From Chloroflexota bacterium (GTDB taxonomy: Bacteria > Chloroflexota > UBA11872 > VXNJ01), in NCBI GenBank assembly GCA_965261345.1, contig OZ253449.1, positions 1,760,001 to 1,824,000 on the forward strand: DNA of 64,000 nt. Reading direction: 5' to 3'. Positions 1 through 8,714 of the stretch are shown one piece after another. The number at the start of each line of letters is the position of its first letter. The stretch's first letter is position 1. The notes under the pieces are model-generated. The model was not told the origin of the DNA. It did not search any database and saw only the letters and a program-made list of their open reading frames with translations. A program made the position numbers and the translations under genes.

Positions 1-230
1 TGGGCGCATGGTTGGAGGGTCGAGTAGAGGTCGGCGCCGCGCGCGAGGGCGCCGGCCTGCTCGAGAGCTTGCGGCTCGGCGTGCGGACCATTTCTGAGGG
101 CGGTGGCCGAACTGCCGACGATCTGGCCGGCGCGGACCACCAATGCACCAACGGCTGGACGCGGCGAAACCCGGCCCAGACTTTGCCGCCCGATGGCGGC
201 AGCGATGTTTAGGTAGTCAACCGGCTGCAA
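1..230 (-). CDS. ribD: RibD riboflavin biosynthesis deaminase(/reductase), N-terminal part; runs off the window edge and is not in the ORF track
   Basis: Manual minus-strand translation from TTG at 230: (M)QPVDYLNIAAAIGRQSLGRVSPRPAVGALVVRAGQIVGSSATALRNGPHAEPQALEQAGALARGADLYSTLQPCA. This has the HAE...PC zinc deaminase signature and matches the RibD pattern SPNPxVG...ARGAxLYxTLEPC. The start is uncertain. Confidence 0.85.
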   Translation of the reverse strand, partial: MQPVDYLNIAAAIGRQSLGRVSPRPAVGALVVRAGQIVGSSATALRNGPHAEPQALEQAGALARGADLYSTLQPCA

Positions 231-328
231 ATTGCAATTTGTTCCACTGGCCGCAGCAATGCGTCCAGCGGCCAATATCATCATCGCAGACGCTTTCCAA
301 CCGAAGTATCCTGATCCCCCCAGCCCGC

Positions 329-1009
329 ATGACAGCCCCCGGTCAATCACCCGAGCCAACCCGACCACCGGTGTTGGGCCTTACCGGCAATATTGCCACC
401 GGAAAGTCGTTGGTGGCGGCCCATCTGCGCGATCTGGGGGCGATCGTTATCGATTCCGATCTAGTCGTTCGGCGGCTCTATCGGCGGACCGACCCGGTCG
501 CCCGGGCGGTCGCCGCCCGATTCGGCCCCCACCTGTTGGGGCCTGCCGGGATCGACCGACAGGCGTTGGGCCAGATGGTTTTCGGTAACTCCGAGGCGCT
601 GACCGATCTGGAGGCGATAGTTCATCCCGCGGTGATCGCAGAAGTTGCCGGGGCGATTGCGCGTGCGCCGGCGGGCCAGCCGCACGTTATCGAGGCGATT
701 AAATTGGCAGAAAGTGGCAACGCCCTTTTGCTGGATGAGCTCTGGGTCTTAGACAGCCCGCGGACGGCCCAGATTGGGCGATTGGTCAGTTCGCGCGGTC
801 TCTCCCGGGAGCAGGTCCGCCTGCGGATCGATTCCCAGTCCTCGGCTGAAGACAAGCTTGCGCTGTTCGCGCGGCGGCGCCCCGGCACCAGGGCCCGCCT
901 GATAGAAAATGCCGGTTCAAGGCAGTCGCTTTTGGCTCTGGTCGGGCGGTCCTGGTGGAATTTTCTGTCAGCTCGTGGCGGGGCAGAACTGGGCCGCATT
1001 CAATCCTGA
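329..1009 (+). CDS. coaE: dephospho-CoA kinase
   Basis: LGLTGNIATGKS P-loop, IDSD, IDRQALG..VF, LEAIVHPAV, RIDSQ. ATG at 329 is preferred over 143. Confidence 0.92.
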   Translation: MTAPGQSPEPTRPPVLGLTGNIATGKSLVAAHLRDLGAIVIDSDLVVRRLYRRTDPVARAVAARFGPHLLGPAGIDRQALGQMVFGNSEALTDLEAIVHPAVIAEVAGAIARAPAGQPHVIEAIKLAESGNALLLDELWVLDSPRTAQIGRLVSSRGLSREQVRLRIDSQSSAEDKLALFARRRPGTRARLIENAGSRQSLLALVGRSWWNFLSARGGAELGRIQS

Positions 1010-2491
1010 TGCCGGTCCCTGGGCGAGGGTTGCGTAAGCGGCTTCGACCGCCGGTTGATGGTCGCCGACGACCAGGCTGACCCGCGTCCCGGAAATTCCG
1101 ATCAAGGCCGCCTTGGGACCGCCCTGCCAGATTGCCTCAGTTGGCGACACCACCTCGAAGCGGCCCTCGCCATACGCGTGATCTAGTCTGTTTTGGCTGA
1201 CGAAATCCAACATGGTGTGGTGGAAATCAGCGGCCGCCCGGGGGTCGGCGAACGCGGTCCGCAGAAGCAGCGCCGAATTTTGCCCGTTGCCAATCAACAC
1301 CAGGTGATCGTCCAACCAACCGATTGGTCCTGGCGTTCGCGAACCGCTGCGATTTGCAAACAAAACGCCGAGCGCGAATTGCCCCAGCGCGCCCTCGCCG
1401 GTTACCTGCCAGCAGGGTATTTCGGGGTCGCCGAAGTCGGCCAGATCGGAATCTGGTGCAATTTCCTGCCAGTCCCCCTGGCCAGTCGCCAGTAGCTGGG
1501 CGATTTGGGCAGTGCTCTGGGGCACCCGTTGGGGTTCGTAAAGGGCGTTGAGTGCTTCAATCCCGCCCCGCCCTAGGACCGCCAGTACGAATTGCGCACC
1601 GGTCTCATACGGGTAGATGAGCACGCTCTGCACGTATTGGCCGGCCCGGTCGAGCGGACCAGGCGGTGGGACCGGCGCGGCGAGCAGATCGGCAAGCTCG
1701 ACGAGTTGGGTAGCTGCCACGAGGCCGAAAACCGAGGCTTCGCCTTCAATGAGGGCCGAAAGTGCAAGTTGCCGATCGAATTGGAGCAACGGGATGGAGT
1801 TGGACAGGGTTGAAATGTCGAAATTGGATTGCTGCAGCGCGTGCACATACTCATGGGTGATGGTCAATAGGATCTGGGCCTCACGCGCCGGATCGGCAGA
1901 CTCAACGAGGTAGAGACGATCATCATCGGAAACATAAAACCCAAGGAGTTGCGCCGGAACCTGCTCGAGATAGACGTCGTCGAGCGATCGGCCGGGGGCC
2001 AGCACCCCCAGTGCCTGAAGGACCTGGTCGCGACTGACGACCTCGCCGGGGTCCTGCTCGGAAAGGTACGAGTTCACCAACTCGGTCGCCTCCTCCACCG
2101 TCACCACTAACGGCACCGGAGGGTTGCGTGAAAGTCCGCGCACGCTCTCGGCGGCCGCAACCGCAAGCAGGTAATTTCCAGACACCATCTGTTCGAAGTC
2201 ACTCGGCTCGGGTTCGCCCACGGCAGGGATGACCGTCGGCGTGGGTTCGGCGCCTCCCAGGACGGCCGTAGCGGTTGGCGCGTCCTCCAGCCGGTTCCCT
2301 GCCGGACCGGGTTCGGCCTCCTCAGGGATGACCGTCGGCGTCGGACCGACTTTGGTCGGCGCGGCAGCTGTCGCAATTGACGGCGGCGATTGCCCGGCAT
2401 CTTGGCAGCCGGCCAGCAGCAGCATCAGGAGGAGTGCCAGGCAGGCTGTCAATCGCGATAAGCACGGGGCCCGAACTGCAATCGGGGCGAT
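968..2491 (-). CDS. lipoprotein with a Pro/Thr-rich linker and a zincin-like HExxH metallopeptidase-like domain
   Basis: Lipobox LLAGC, PTPT linkers, and GFY...HEYVHALQ...ALIEGEA...YPYETG motifs. The start is placed at ATC 2491 after SD GGAGGTGA; the ORF track uses TTG 2452. Confidence 0.75.
   Translation of the reverse strand: MAPIAVRAPCLSRLTACLALLLMLLLAGCQDAGQSPPSIATAAAPTKVGPTPTVIPEEAEPGPAGNRLEDAPTATAVLGGAEPTPTVIPAVGEPEPSDFEQMVSGNYLLAVAAAESVRGLSRNPPVPLVVTVEEATELVNSYLSEQDPGEVVSRDQVLQALGVLAPGRSLDDVYLEQVPAQLLGFYVSDDDRLYLVESADPAREAQILLTITHEYVHALQQSNFDISTLSNSIPLLQFDRQLALSALIEGEASVFGLVAATQLVELADLLAAPVPPPGPLDRAGQYVQSVLIYPYETGAQFVLAVLGRGGIEALNALYEPQRVPQSTAQIAQLLATGQGDWQEIAPDSDLADFGDPEIPCWQVTGEGALGQFALGVLFANRSGSRTPGPIGWLDDHLVLIGNGQNSALLLRTAFADPRAAADFHHTMLDFVSQNRLDHAYGEGRFEVVSPTEAIWQGGPKAALIGISGTRVSLVVGDHQPAVEAAYATLAQGPASGLNAAQFCPATS
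2224..2341. repeat. 19-bp direct repeat CAGGGATGACCGTCGGCGT (2224-2242 and 2323-2341), an intragenic duplication encoding TPTVIP
   Basis: Exact copies 99 bp (33 codons) apart in the lipoprotein linker. Confidence 0.85.
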
Positions 2492-2611
2492 GACTCACCT
2501 CCAAGCCGGGCAGCGCGATAGCGGGAAATTATCGTAGGTGAGGCGGGCCGGTTTCCGGGGTTGGAAACCGGCGGTAACCTGGTTGAAATGCAAGCTGAAG
2601 CGCAGGTTTAG

Positions 2612-3313
2612 ATGACGTTCATGGATGCCTTTTCACGATCACATTCGCCCGATGGGGATCAGGCGGCCGACCTGGCGGGAGTGCGTGACCAATTGCTGCG
2701 GGCCGGGTTTGATGACCTGGTGCCGTCCGCGCTGCTGGACGCGCCGGCCGGCCTTGCCTATCGCCCGCAGGCCTGCGCCGCCCTCAACTGCCTGCTAAGC
2801 GCGCAGCGTATCGCCAATGCCCTCCAAAACGGGACCGACCGTGAAAAAACTCAGGCCGACGCGCTGGCTTTGTTAGTCCTTCTCGACCGCGCCCTCGATG
2901 CGGCCGGCCACTGGGTCGCGCTGGCAACCGAGCGATCGCAGCGGCGAGGAGCCTCTACTCTGGGGGACCCAAAGTTGACGGCTCGCCTCAGCCTGCTCGA
3001 CGCCGAAGCGGGGCGGACGGTGTCGCGATCCACGGAATGGATTTCGCAGGTCCGGTCAACCACCCGCGCCGCCCTGGAGGGCCGGCCGCCAACTTTCGGC
3101 TATGCGGGCGATCGGCTACAAATACGCCCCAGCCCGCCGTCTGGCCCGGGCGTCCGGTCGGTCAAAGCTGCGCTTGCATCGGTGCCGATCGGCCAGCTCG
3201 CCGGGCAGTGGACCGATCGGCTGGCGCAGGTACTGGCGGCAGTTCTCCGTTGCGGGGCGGAGCGGGTCGCCAGTCCACGTGGCCGCGCGGAGCTGGAATT
3301 TGACTGGGACTGA
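2612..3313 (+). CDS. hypothetical helical protein, possibly a degenerate HEPN-like fold
   Basis: 233-aa ATG ORF filling the gap before rplS; no clear family motif. Confidence 0.6.
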   Translation: MTFMDAFSRSHSPDGDQAADLAGVRDQLLRAGFDDLVPSALLDAPAGLAYRPQACAALNCLLSAQRIANALQNGTDREKTQADALALLVLLDRALDAAGHWVALATERSQRRGASTLGDPKLTARLSLLDAEAGRTVSRSTEWISQVRSTTRAALEGRPPTFGYAGDRLQIRPSPPSGPGVRSVKAALASVPIGQLAGQWTDRLAQVLAAVLRCGAERVASPRGRAELEFDWD

Positions 3314-3410
3314 AAGCCCCGCCGTCTCCAAATCATTTAAAATTTTCACTAGCCGCTTACAGTACGCCGCAGACCTCTACCCGCCTCTACTACCCGCCTT
3401 AGCTATTGCC

Positions 3411-3764
3411 ATGCCTTCGATCATTGCCGACTTAGACCGAGAGCTGCTGCGTGCCGATATTCCGGATTTCGGGGTGGGCGACACGGTTCGCGTGCACAGC
3501 CTCGTCCGCGAAGGGCAACGCGAGCGCATCCAAGCCTTCGAGGGCGTGGTGATCAAGCGCCGCGGTGGCGGCCTCCAGGAGACGTTTACGGTTCGCCGAA
3601 TCTCCCATGCGGGAATAGGCGTCGAACGCTGTTTTCACCTGCATTCCCCGGTCATTGACCACCTCGATGTGGTGCGCCGTGGCCGGGTGCGACGGGCGAA
3701 ACTCTACTACTTGCGCGAACGCAAGGGCCGTGCCGCGCGGGTCCGCGAAGCTACTCGCCGCTGA
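3411..3764 (+). CDS. rplS: 50S ribosomal protein L19
   Basis: [59 protein letters not shown]; ATG at 3411. Confidence 0.98.
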   Translation: MPSIIADLDRELLRADIPDFGVGDTVRVHSLVREGQRERIQAFEGVVIKRRGGGLQETFTVRRISHAGIGVERCFHLHSPVIDHLDVVRRGRVRRAKLYYLRERKGRAARVREATRR

Positions 3765-3820
3765 TTGAAGATCTCCCAATTCAATTGAAAATTTGCCGGT
3801 AGCCGCGCGGGGCTAGTCGT

Positions 3821-4513
3821 TTGCCCCAGCCCACCGACGGGTGGATCGAATTGTCCGCTTCCCTGGCACCGCCGAACTTTGAGCGCCAATTGCTGGCCCG
3901 GGGAATCTCGCTCATTGCCGGGATCGATGAAGTCGGCCGCGGCGCCCTGGCCGGTCCGGTCTGTGCCGGCGCGGTGCTGTTAAACGCCCCGACCATCCTC
4001 AGCCGCTCGAAATTTTCCGGGGTAAGGGATTCCAAGCTCGTTCCGCGCCACCGCCGCGGCCCGCTTAGCCGCAACATTTGGAACCGGGCGGTTGCGGTTT
4101 CGCTGGGCTGGGTGGAGGCCCGCGAAATAGACGAGATCGGGATTGCCGCGGCCGTCCGCCGGGCAATGATCCTGGCGCTCGCCCAGCTGCGCCCCAGGCC
4201 ACAGGCGCTAATTACCGATGCCGTCGCGCTACGCGGTCCGGCGGTACCCGAATTGTTCTTTAGCTTCCCCAAGGCCGATCGCGACACGCTGAGCGTGGGG
4301 GCCGCCTCGATCTGCGCCAAGGTCGCCCGCGACGCGCATATGCAGCGCCTGGAATCCATGTTCCCGGACTACGGCTTTGGGCAGAATGTCGGCTATGGCA
4401 CCAGCGACCACCTGGCCGCAATCGCCGCCTACGGTCCCAGCCGGGCGCATCGTCTCTCCTTCGGCCCCTGTCGACCAAGGCTCACTGATCTCTCCGTTGC
4501 CGGTCCCAACTAG
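3821..4513 (+). CDS. rnhB: ribonuclease HII
   Basis: AGIDEVGRGALAGPV, DSK, AASICAKVARD, YGF..NVGYGT..H, HRLSF; the rplS-rnhB order is common. Confidence 0.95.
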   Translation: MPQPTDGWIELSASLAPPNFERQLLARGISLIAGIDEVGRGALAGPVCAGAVLLNAPTILSRSKFSGVRDSKLVPRHRRGPLSRNIWNRAVAVSLGWVEAREIDEIGIAAAVRRAMILALAQLRPRPQALITDAVALRGPAVPELFFSFPKADRDTLSVGAASICAKVARDAHMQRLESMFPDYGFGQNVGYGTSDHLAAIAAYGPSRAHRLSFGPCRPRLTDLSVAGPN

Positions 4514-4528
4514 ATTGCGGCCGGCCGT

Positions 4529-5125
4529 ATGGAACTGATCGCAGAGCTATCCGGCTGGGTTCTCTCGTGGGGCGAATCGCCGTTGAGTTGGGTGGCGCTG
4601 TTTCTGGTCTCATTCTGGGATTCCAGTTTCTTACCGGTTCCGCCCGACGCGCTGATGATCGTCCTGATCCTTGCCGATCCCAGGCTTGCGCTGCCGATCG
4701 CCGCCCTGGCTTCGATCGGATCATTGCTCGGTGCCGCGCTCGGCTACTGGATCGGGCTCAGGGGCGGCCGACCGCTGATTCACCGCCTAATCAACGAGCA
4801 GCGGCTTCGCTACGTGGAAATGAAATATCAGGAAAACGATATTTTGGCGATCATGCTTGCATGTTTTACCCCGTTACCGTACAAGGTTTTTGCGGTCGGG
4901 GCCGGTGTCTGCCAGATCAATTTCCGCCGCTTCATGCTGGTTTCGGCGGTAGGCCGGTCGACGCGATTTCTGGCGGTGGGACTGGCGTTGTTTTTTTTCG
5001 GCGACCAGATCCGCGAGCTGCTGGAAGACTACTCGGCGCCAATCGCGCTCGCCTTCCTGGTGATTTTTGCACTCGGGGTGTTCCTGATGCGTTGGATCTC
5101 CAACCGCGCCACCACGGCGGTTTAG
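4529..5125 (+). CDS. YqaA/DedA (VTT) family membrane protein
   Basis: SFWDSSFLPVPPDAL, GSLLGAALGYWIG, FTPLPYKVF, GRSTRF. Confidence 0.88.
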   Translation: MELIAELSGWVLSWGESPLSWVALFLVSFWDSSFLPVPPDALMIVLILADPRLALPIAALASIGSLLGAALGYWIGLRGGRPLIHRLINEQRLRYVEMKYQENDILAIMLACFTPLPYKVFAVGAGVCQINFRRFMLVSAVGRSTRFLAVGLALFFFGDQIRELLEDYSAPIALAFLVIFALGVFLMRWISNRATTAV

Positions 5126-5146
5126 CGGGAACCGGCCCGCCCGTAC

Positions 5147-6226
5147 TTAGAGCATCGGTAGCGGTTCGACCCGTTCGAGGTTCTTAACCGAGATCGCGGC
5201 CGCCAATTTGGAGCTTATCTGGCGGTAGGTGTCGACTAATCCATTGACGCCGAAGCGGGCAACCGGCCGCCCGTCGTCACCGCCCTGGCGAATTGTCGGG
5301 TCGAGCGGGAGTTCACCGAAGAAGGGGATCTCCATCAGCTCGGCGGCGCGCCGGGCTCCGCCGTGACCGAAGATCTCGATCCGCGAGCCATCGATTGGAT
5401 TTTGGAAGTACGACATGTTCTCGATCAGTCCAAGAATGTCGACGCTGAGGCGCTCGAACATTGCAATCGCCCGCCGCACGTCCTGCAAGGCCACTTCCTG
5501 GGGGGTCGAGACGATGACCGCTCCGGTCAGTGGAATCAGCTGCGCGAGCGAGAGCGAAGCATCGCCGGTACCTGGCGGAAGGTCGACTATCAGGTAATCG
5601 AGATCACCCCAGTCAACGTCGCCAATGAGCTGCTTGAGCGCCCCGGCGATCATTGGACCTCGCCAAATCACCGGGGTGTCGGGTTCGAGCATGAATCCCA
5701 ACGACATCAACTTGACGCCGAAGGATTCGATCGCCTGAATCTTGCCGCCGATCGCGGTCGGCGAAGCGTTAGCGCCCATCATCAATGGAATATTGGGGCC
5801 GTAGACGTCGGCGTCGAGCAATCCGACCGTGGCCCCCTGGTCGCGCAGGGCTACTGCCAGGTTGACCGCGGTGGTGCTTTTCCCGACTCCACCCTTACCC
5901 GATGCCACCGCCACCGCATTTTTGACGCCCGGCAAGGTGGAGGACGGCGTGGTGGAGCGCGATCCGACCTCGGCGGTCATCTCGATGTTGGCTCCGGCAA
6001 CCCAGCCCAAGCTGGCCAAGCCGGCCCGGACGCGGCTGTCAATCTCACCGCGCAGGGGGCAGGCCGGGGTGGTCAGGACCACCGTCAGCGACACGTCGTC
6101 GCCGGTCACCTTCACGTCACGAACCATGTTCAAGGTGACCAGATCTTTGTGGATTTCAGGGTCGTAGACGCCGCGCATGGCGTCGATGACCTGATCGACC
6201 CGTGATTGGTTGTCAGCGGCGGGCAT
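5147..6226 (-). CDS. mrp: Mrp/NBP35 (ApbC) Fe-S carrier ATPase with an N-terminal DUF59/MIP18 domain
   Basis: DPEIHKDLV..LTTPACP, VASGKGGVGKST, DADVYGP, WRGPM, DLPPGTGD; ATG at 6226. Confidence 0.93.
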   Translation of the reverse strand: MPAADNQSRVDQVIDAMRGVYDPEIHKDLVTLNMVRDVKVTGDDVSLTVVLTTPACPLRGEIDSRVRAGLASLGWVAGANIEMTAEVGSRSTTPSSTLPGVKNAVAVASGKGGVGKSTTAVNLAVALRDQGATVGLLDADVYGPNIPLMMGANASPTAIGGKIQAIESFGVKLMSLGFMLEPDTPVIWRGPMIAGALKQLIGDVDWGDLDYLIVDLPPGTGDASLSLAQLIPLTGAVIVSTPQEVALQDVRRAIAMFERLSVDILGLIENMSYFQNPIDGSRIEIFGHGGARRAAELMEIPFFGELPLDPTIRQGGDDGRPVARFGVNGLVDTYRQISSKLAAAISVKNLERVEPLPML

Positions 6227-6311
6227 GATTGTCAGCTCAGAATTTACAAGGTTTAGAAGAGGATATTCGATTTTATTGGGATGCCCGATAGCGGCGGGAT
6301 CGGATCGGGCG

Positions 6312-7094
6312 TTAGCCAATCGCCGCCGGAGGGGCGGAAAAAACCTGGCGAACCGTGCCGCTGGCGAATTCCGTCCGCCGGCCGTCAATTTCAAGCGCGA
6401 TTTTCCCTGCGGCCGTCAATTGGCATACGGTGCCGGTATACGAACGGCCGCCGGCCGCCAGTTGGATCCTTCGACCCAGGAGCGTGGATCGCTCGACCCA
6501 CTGATGATGCTGGTCGGCGGCCCCGGCGGGCAGCTCGGTCAGCAATTGGCCGAGCCGGCGGATCAACCGGGCACAGACATCGACGCGGTCGACCGGCCGG
6601 CCGAGCTGGTCGGCGGCCGAGGCGGCCGGGTAGGTCATTCCGGTCAGCCTGGCGGGGTCATTGTTGAGATTGGCGCCGATCCCGATCGCATGGCCGTCGC
6701 CGGCGCCTTCGATTAGGACGCCGCCGGCCTTGGCTCCCGCCAACATCACATCGTTGGGCCATTTAATACCCACTTCCCGGCAACCGACCGTCTCTAACGC
6801 CTGGCACAGGGCCAGACATCCGCAGCGGGCCAGGTCGGCCGCCGTGGCGCCGCTAAAGTGACCGGCGTAGGTCAGGGCGAGAGCCTGTCCGGGCGGCGTC
6901 TTCCAGGAAGCCCCGCGCCGTCCGCGTCCAGCTGACTGCGAGTCGGCAACTATTGCCAATTGACCTGAAAAGCCCTCGCGCAGACGCCCGAGCGCGACCT
7001 GGTTGGTCGAATCGACCCGCGACCTGTACACAATTTCGACTGGCAGATCGGCCAGTTGGCGGCCAAGCCGGCCGAAATCGAAGGCGCTGTCCAA
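6312..7094 (-). CDS. birA: biotin--[acetyl-CoA-carboxylase] ligase, no HTH domain
   Basis: DSTN, QSAGRGRRG..W, KWPNDV, KAGGVLIE, GIGAN. Confidence 0.92.
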   Translation of the reverse strand: MDSAFDFGRLGRQLADLPVEIVYRSRVDSTNQVALGRLREGFSGQLAIVADSQSAGRGRRGASWKTPPGQALALTYAGHFSGATAADLARCGCLALCQALETVGCREVGIKWPNDVMLAGAKAGGVLIEGAGDGHAIGIGANLNNDPARLTGMTYPAASAADQLGRPVDRVDVCARLIRRLGQLLTELPAGAADQHHQWVERSTLLGRRIQLAAGGRSYTGTVCQLTAAGKIALEIDGRRTEFASGTVRQVFSAPPAAIG

Positions 7095-7118
7095 AAGCCT
7101 GCGGCCGACCCGCCGCGG

Positions 7119-7805
7119 TTAGCGGTAATCCCAGACTTGCTTTAGTTCCTCGACGGTCATCTGCGGTTTCATCTTCGCCAGGATTCCGCCTTCGCGCTTT
7201 CGCACCTGCTCGACCGCCGCCGGGACCTGGTCGATGATCTCGCGCGGGATCTTGGTGACCCCGTTGCGGTCGCCATGCAGGATATCGCCCGGGCTTATCC
7301 AACAACCGGAAACCTGCACCGGTTCATTTACCGCGACCGTGGCCAAATTCCCGTGCGACACGCAGGTCCCGGCGGCGAAGAATTGGACCCCGCCGATTTC
7401 GGCGATTTCCGAAAGATCCCTGATCGCCCCGTCGGTTACCACCGCGATTGCGCCCAGCGATTTGACCGACGTGGCGTACATTTCGCCCCATTGGGAGGCC
7501 CGGGCCGGCCGGTCAGAGACGTCCTTGAATACGCAGATGACCGGTTTGGGCGAGTCCTCGATGGCCTGGAACAGCTGGAATCGCAAGTCGGTGCCCGAGT
7601 CGGCACCGTCGTCCACGCTGCGGATCGTGCAGGTGACCGCGTAGCCGCAGACTGGGTCCATCTCGGGGAAGTAACAGCCGATCTCCGGCCCAAGGTAACC
7701 TTCGTGCCGGGGACGCACGTTTAGCGGTTCGATGGCGTTGCAGATCGTCGGGCTGTCGGTGCTCGCCAATTTGGCCAAGAGGCCGGCTGGTAGGGGTTCG
7801 ATCAT
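7119..7805 (-). CDS. RraA family protein (HMG aldolase-like)
   Basis: PTICNA, GYAVT, WGEM, VTDGAIRD, PGDILHGDRNGV..IP. Confidence 0.88.
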   Translation of the reverse strand: MIEPLPAGLLAKLASTDSPTICNAIEPLNVRPRHEGYLGPEIGCYFPEMDPVCGYAVTCTIRSVDDGADSGTDLRFQLFQAIEDSPKPVICVFKDVSDRPARASQWGEMYATSVKSLGAIAVVTDGAIRDLSEIAEIGGVQFFAAGTCVSHGNLATVAVNEPVQVSGCWISPGDILHGDRNGVTKIPREIIDQVPAAVEQVRKREGGILAKMKPQMTVEELKQVWDYR

Positions 7806-7827
7806 TTTTGCTCCAATTGGTGCTTAA

Positions 7828-8712
7828 TTACCAATAATCCTCGGTAATGACTTGCGCGCCGCGCCCGGTCAGCAAATAGTCCAGCGGCTCCAGCGCCAAT
7901 TTGATATCGGTGATCATATCCGGATTGCCGCAGAGGTAGAAGGCGCTTTTGCCCGGCCCCAATCGGTCGCCCACGGCGGCCAGCTCCGATCTGGCCAGCT
8001 CGGGGGCCACGCGCCCGGTTGGATTGCATGCCAGCAGCAACCGGACGATGTCGTTGGCCCGGCCCCGCGAGAGATCGTCGGTAAAGTCGGGATCGCCGGT
8101 CGGACGCGAGACGGTCGGAATATAGGTCAGCCCCAATTCGGGGTCGGCGGCGAGGTCTTCCAGCTCCTGACGGTAGCCAAGTTCGCTGGCGTAGCTTACG
8201 CCGTGGATGACGGTCAGCCTGCGTTGCGGCCGGGTCCCCTGGTCTAGTTCGGCGCGCTGCTGGCGCGCCATTGCCACGAACGGTGCCAAGCCGGTCCCGG
8301 TGGCCACGCAGATTACTTCGTCCTCGGAGGTGCGCGGCAGGTCGAAGCGGCCGGCCGGCCCCATGTATAGCAGCTTGGCGCCGGGATTGCGGTGTTGCCA
8401 CATGGTCCCGGTGAAATAGCCCAGGCTCTTGCCGTCGGCGCCACCGTCGCGCACCAGGACAACGTAGAACTCAAGCTCGCTGCGATTCAATGGGGCCGAT
8501 GCAATCGAATACTGGCGTGGCCGCGGGTCATCTTCGGGTTGGTCCCAGAACGCCAGTTGGGCATATTGCCCGGGGCGAAATTTAAAGAATTGCTCGCCGT
8601 CACTGCGCGCGATCTTAAATATCGCCAGGTCCTCGCGGCCCACTTCCTCCCAGCTGGTAAGTTCGGCTTCCTGCATTCGTTCGCGCAGGTCGCGGCGTTG
8701 GCGGGCGGCCAT
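7828..8712 (-). CDS. fpr: ferredoxin/flavodoxin--NADP+ reductase
   Basis: FRPGQY, RQYSIAS, ATGTGLAPF, HGVS, YLCGNPDM, C-terminal EDYW. Confidence 0.85.
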   Translation of the reverse strand: MAARQRRDLRERMQEAELTSWEEVGREDLAIFKIARSDGEQFFKFRPGQYAQLAFWDQPEDDPRPRQYSIASAPLNRSELEFYVVLVRDGGADGKSLGYFTGTMWQHRNPGAKLLYMGPAGRFDLPRTSEDEVICVATGTGLAPFVAMARQQRAELDQGTRPQRRLTVIHGVSYASELGYRQELEDLAADPELGLTYIPTVSRPTGDPDFTDDLSRGRANDIVRLLLACNPTGRVAPELARSELAAVGDRLGPGKSAFYLCGNPDMITDIKLALEPLDYLLTGRGAQVITEDYW

Positions 8713-8714
8713 AT

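Noticed and set aside
12-212. 66-aa plus-strand ORF
   Set aside because: It is the antisense shadow of ribD.
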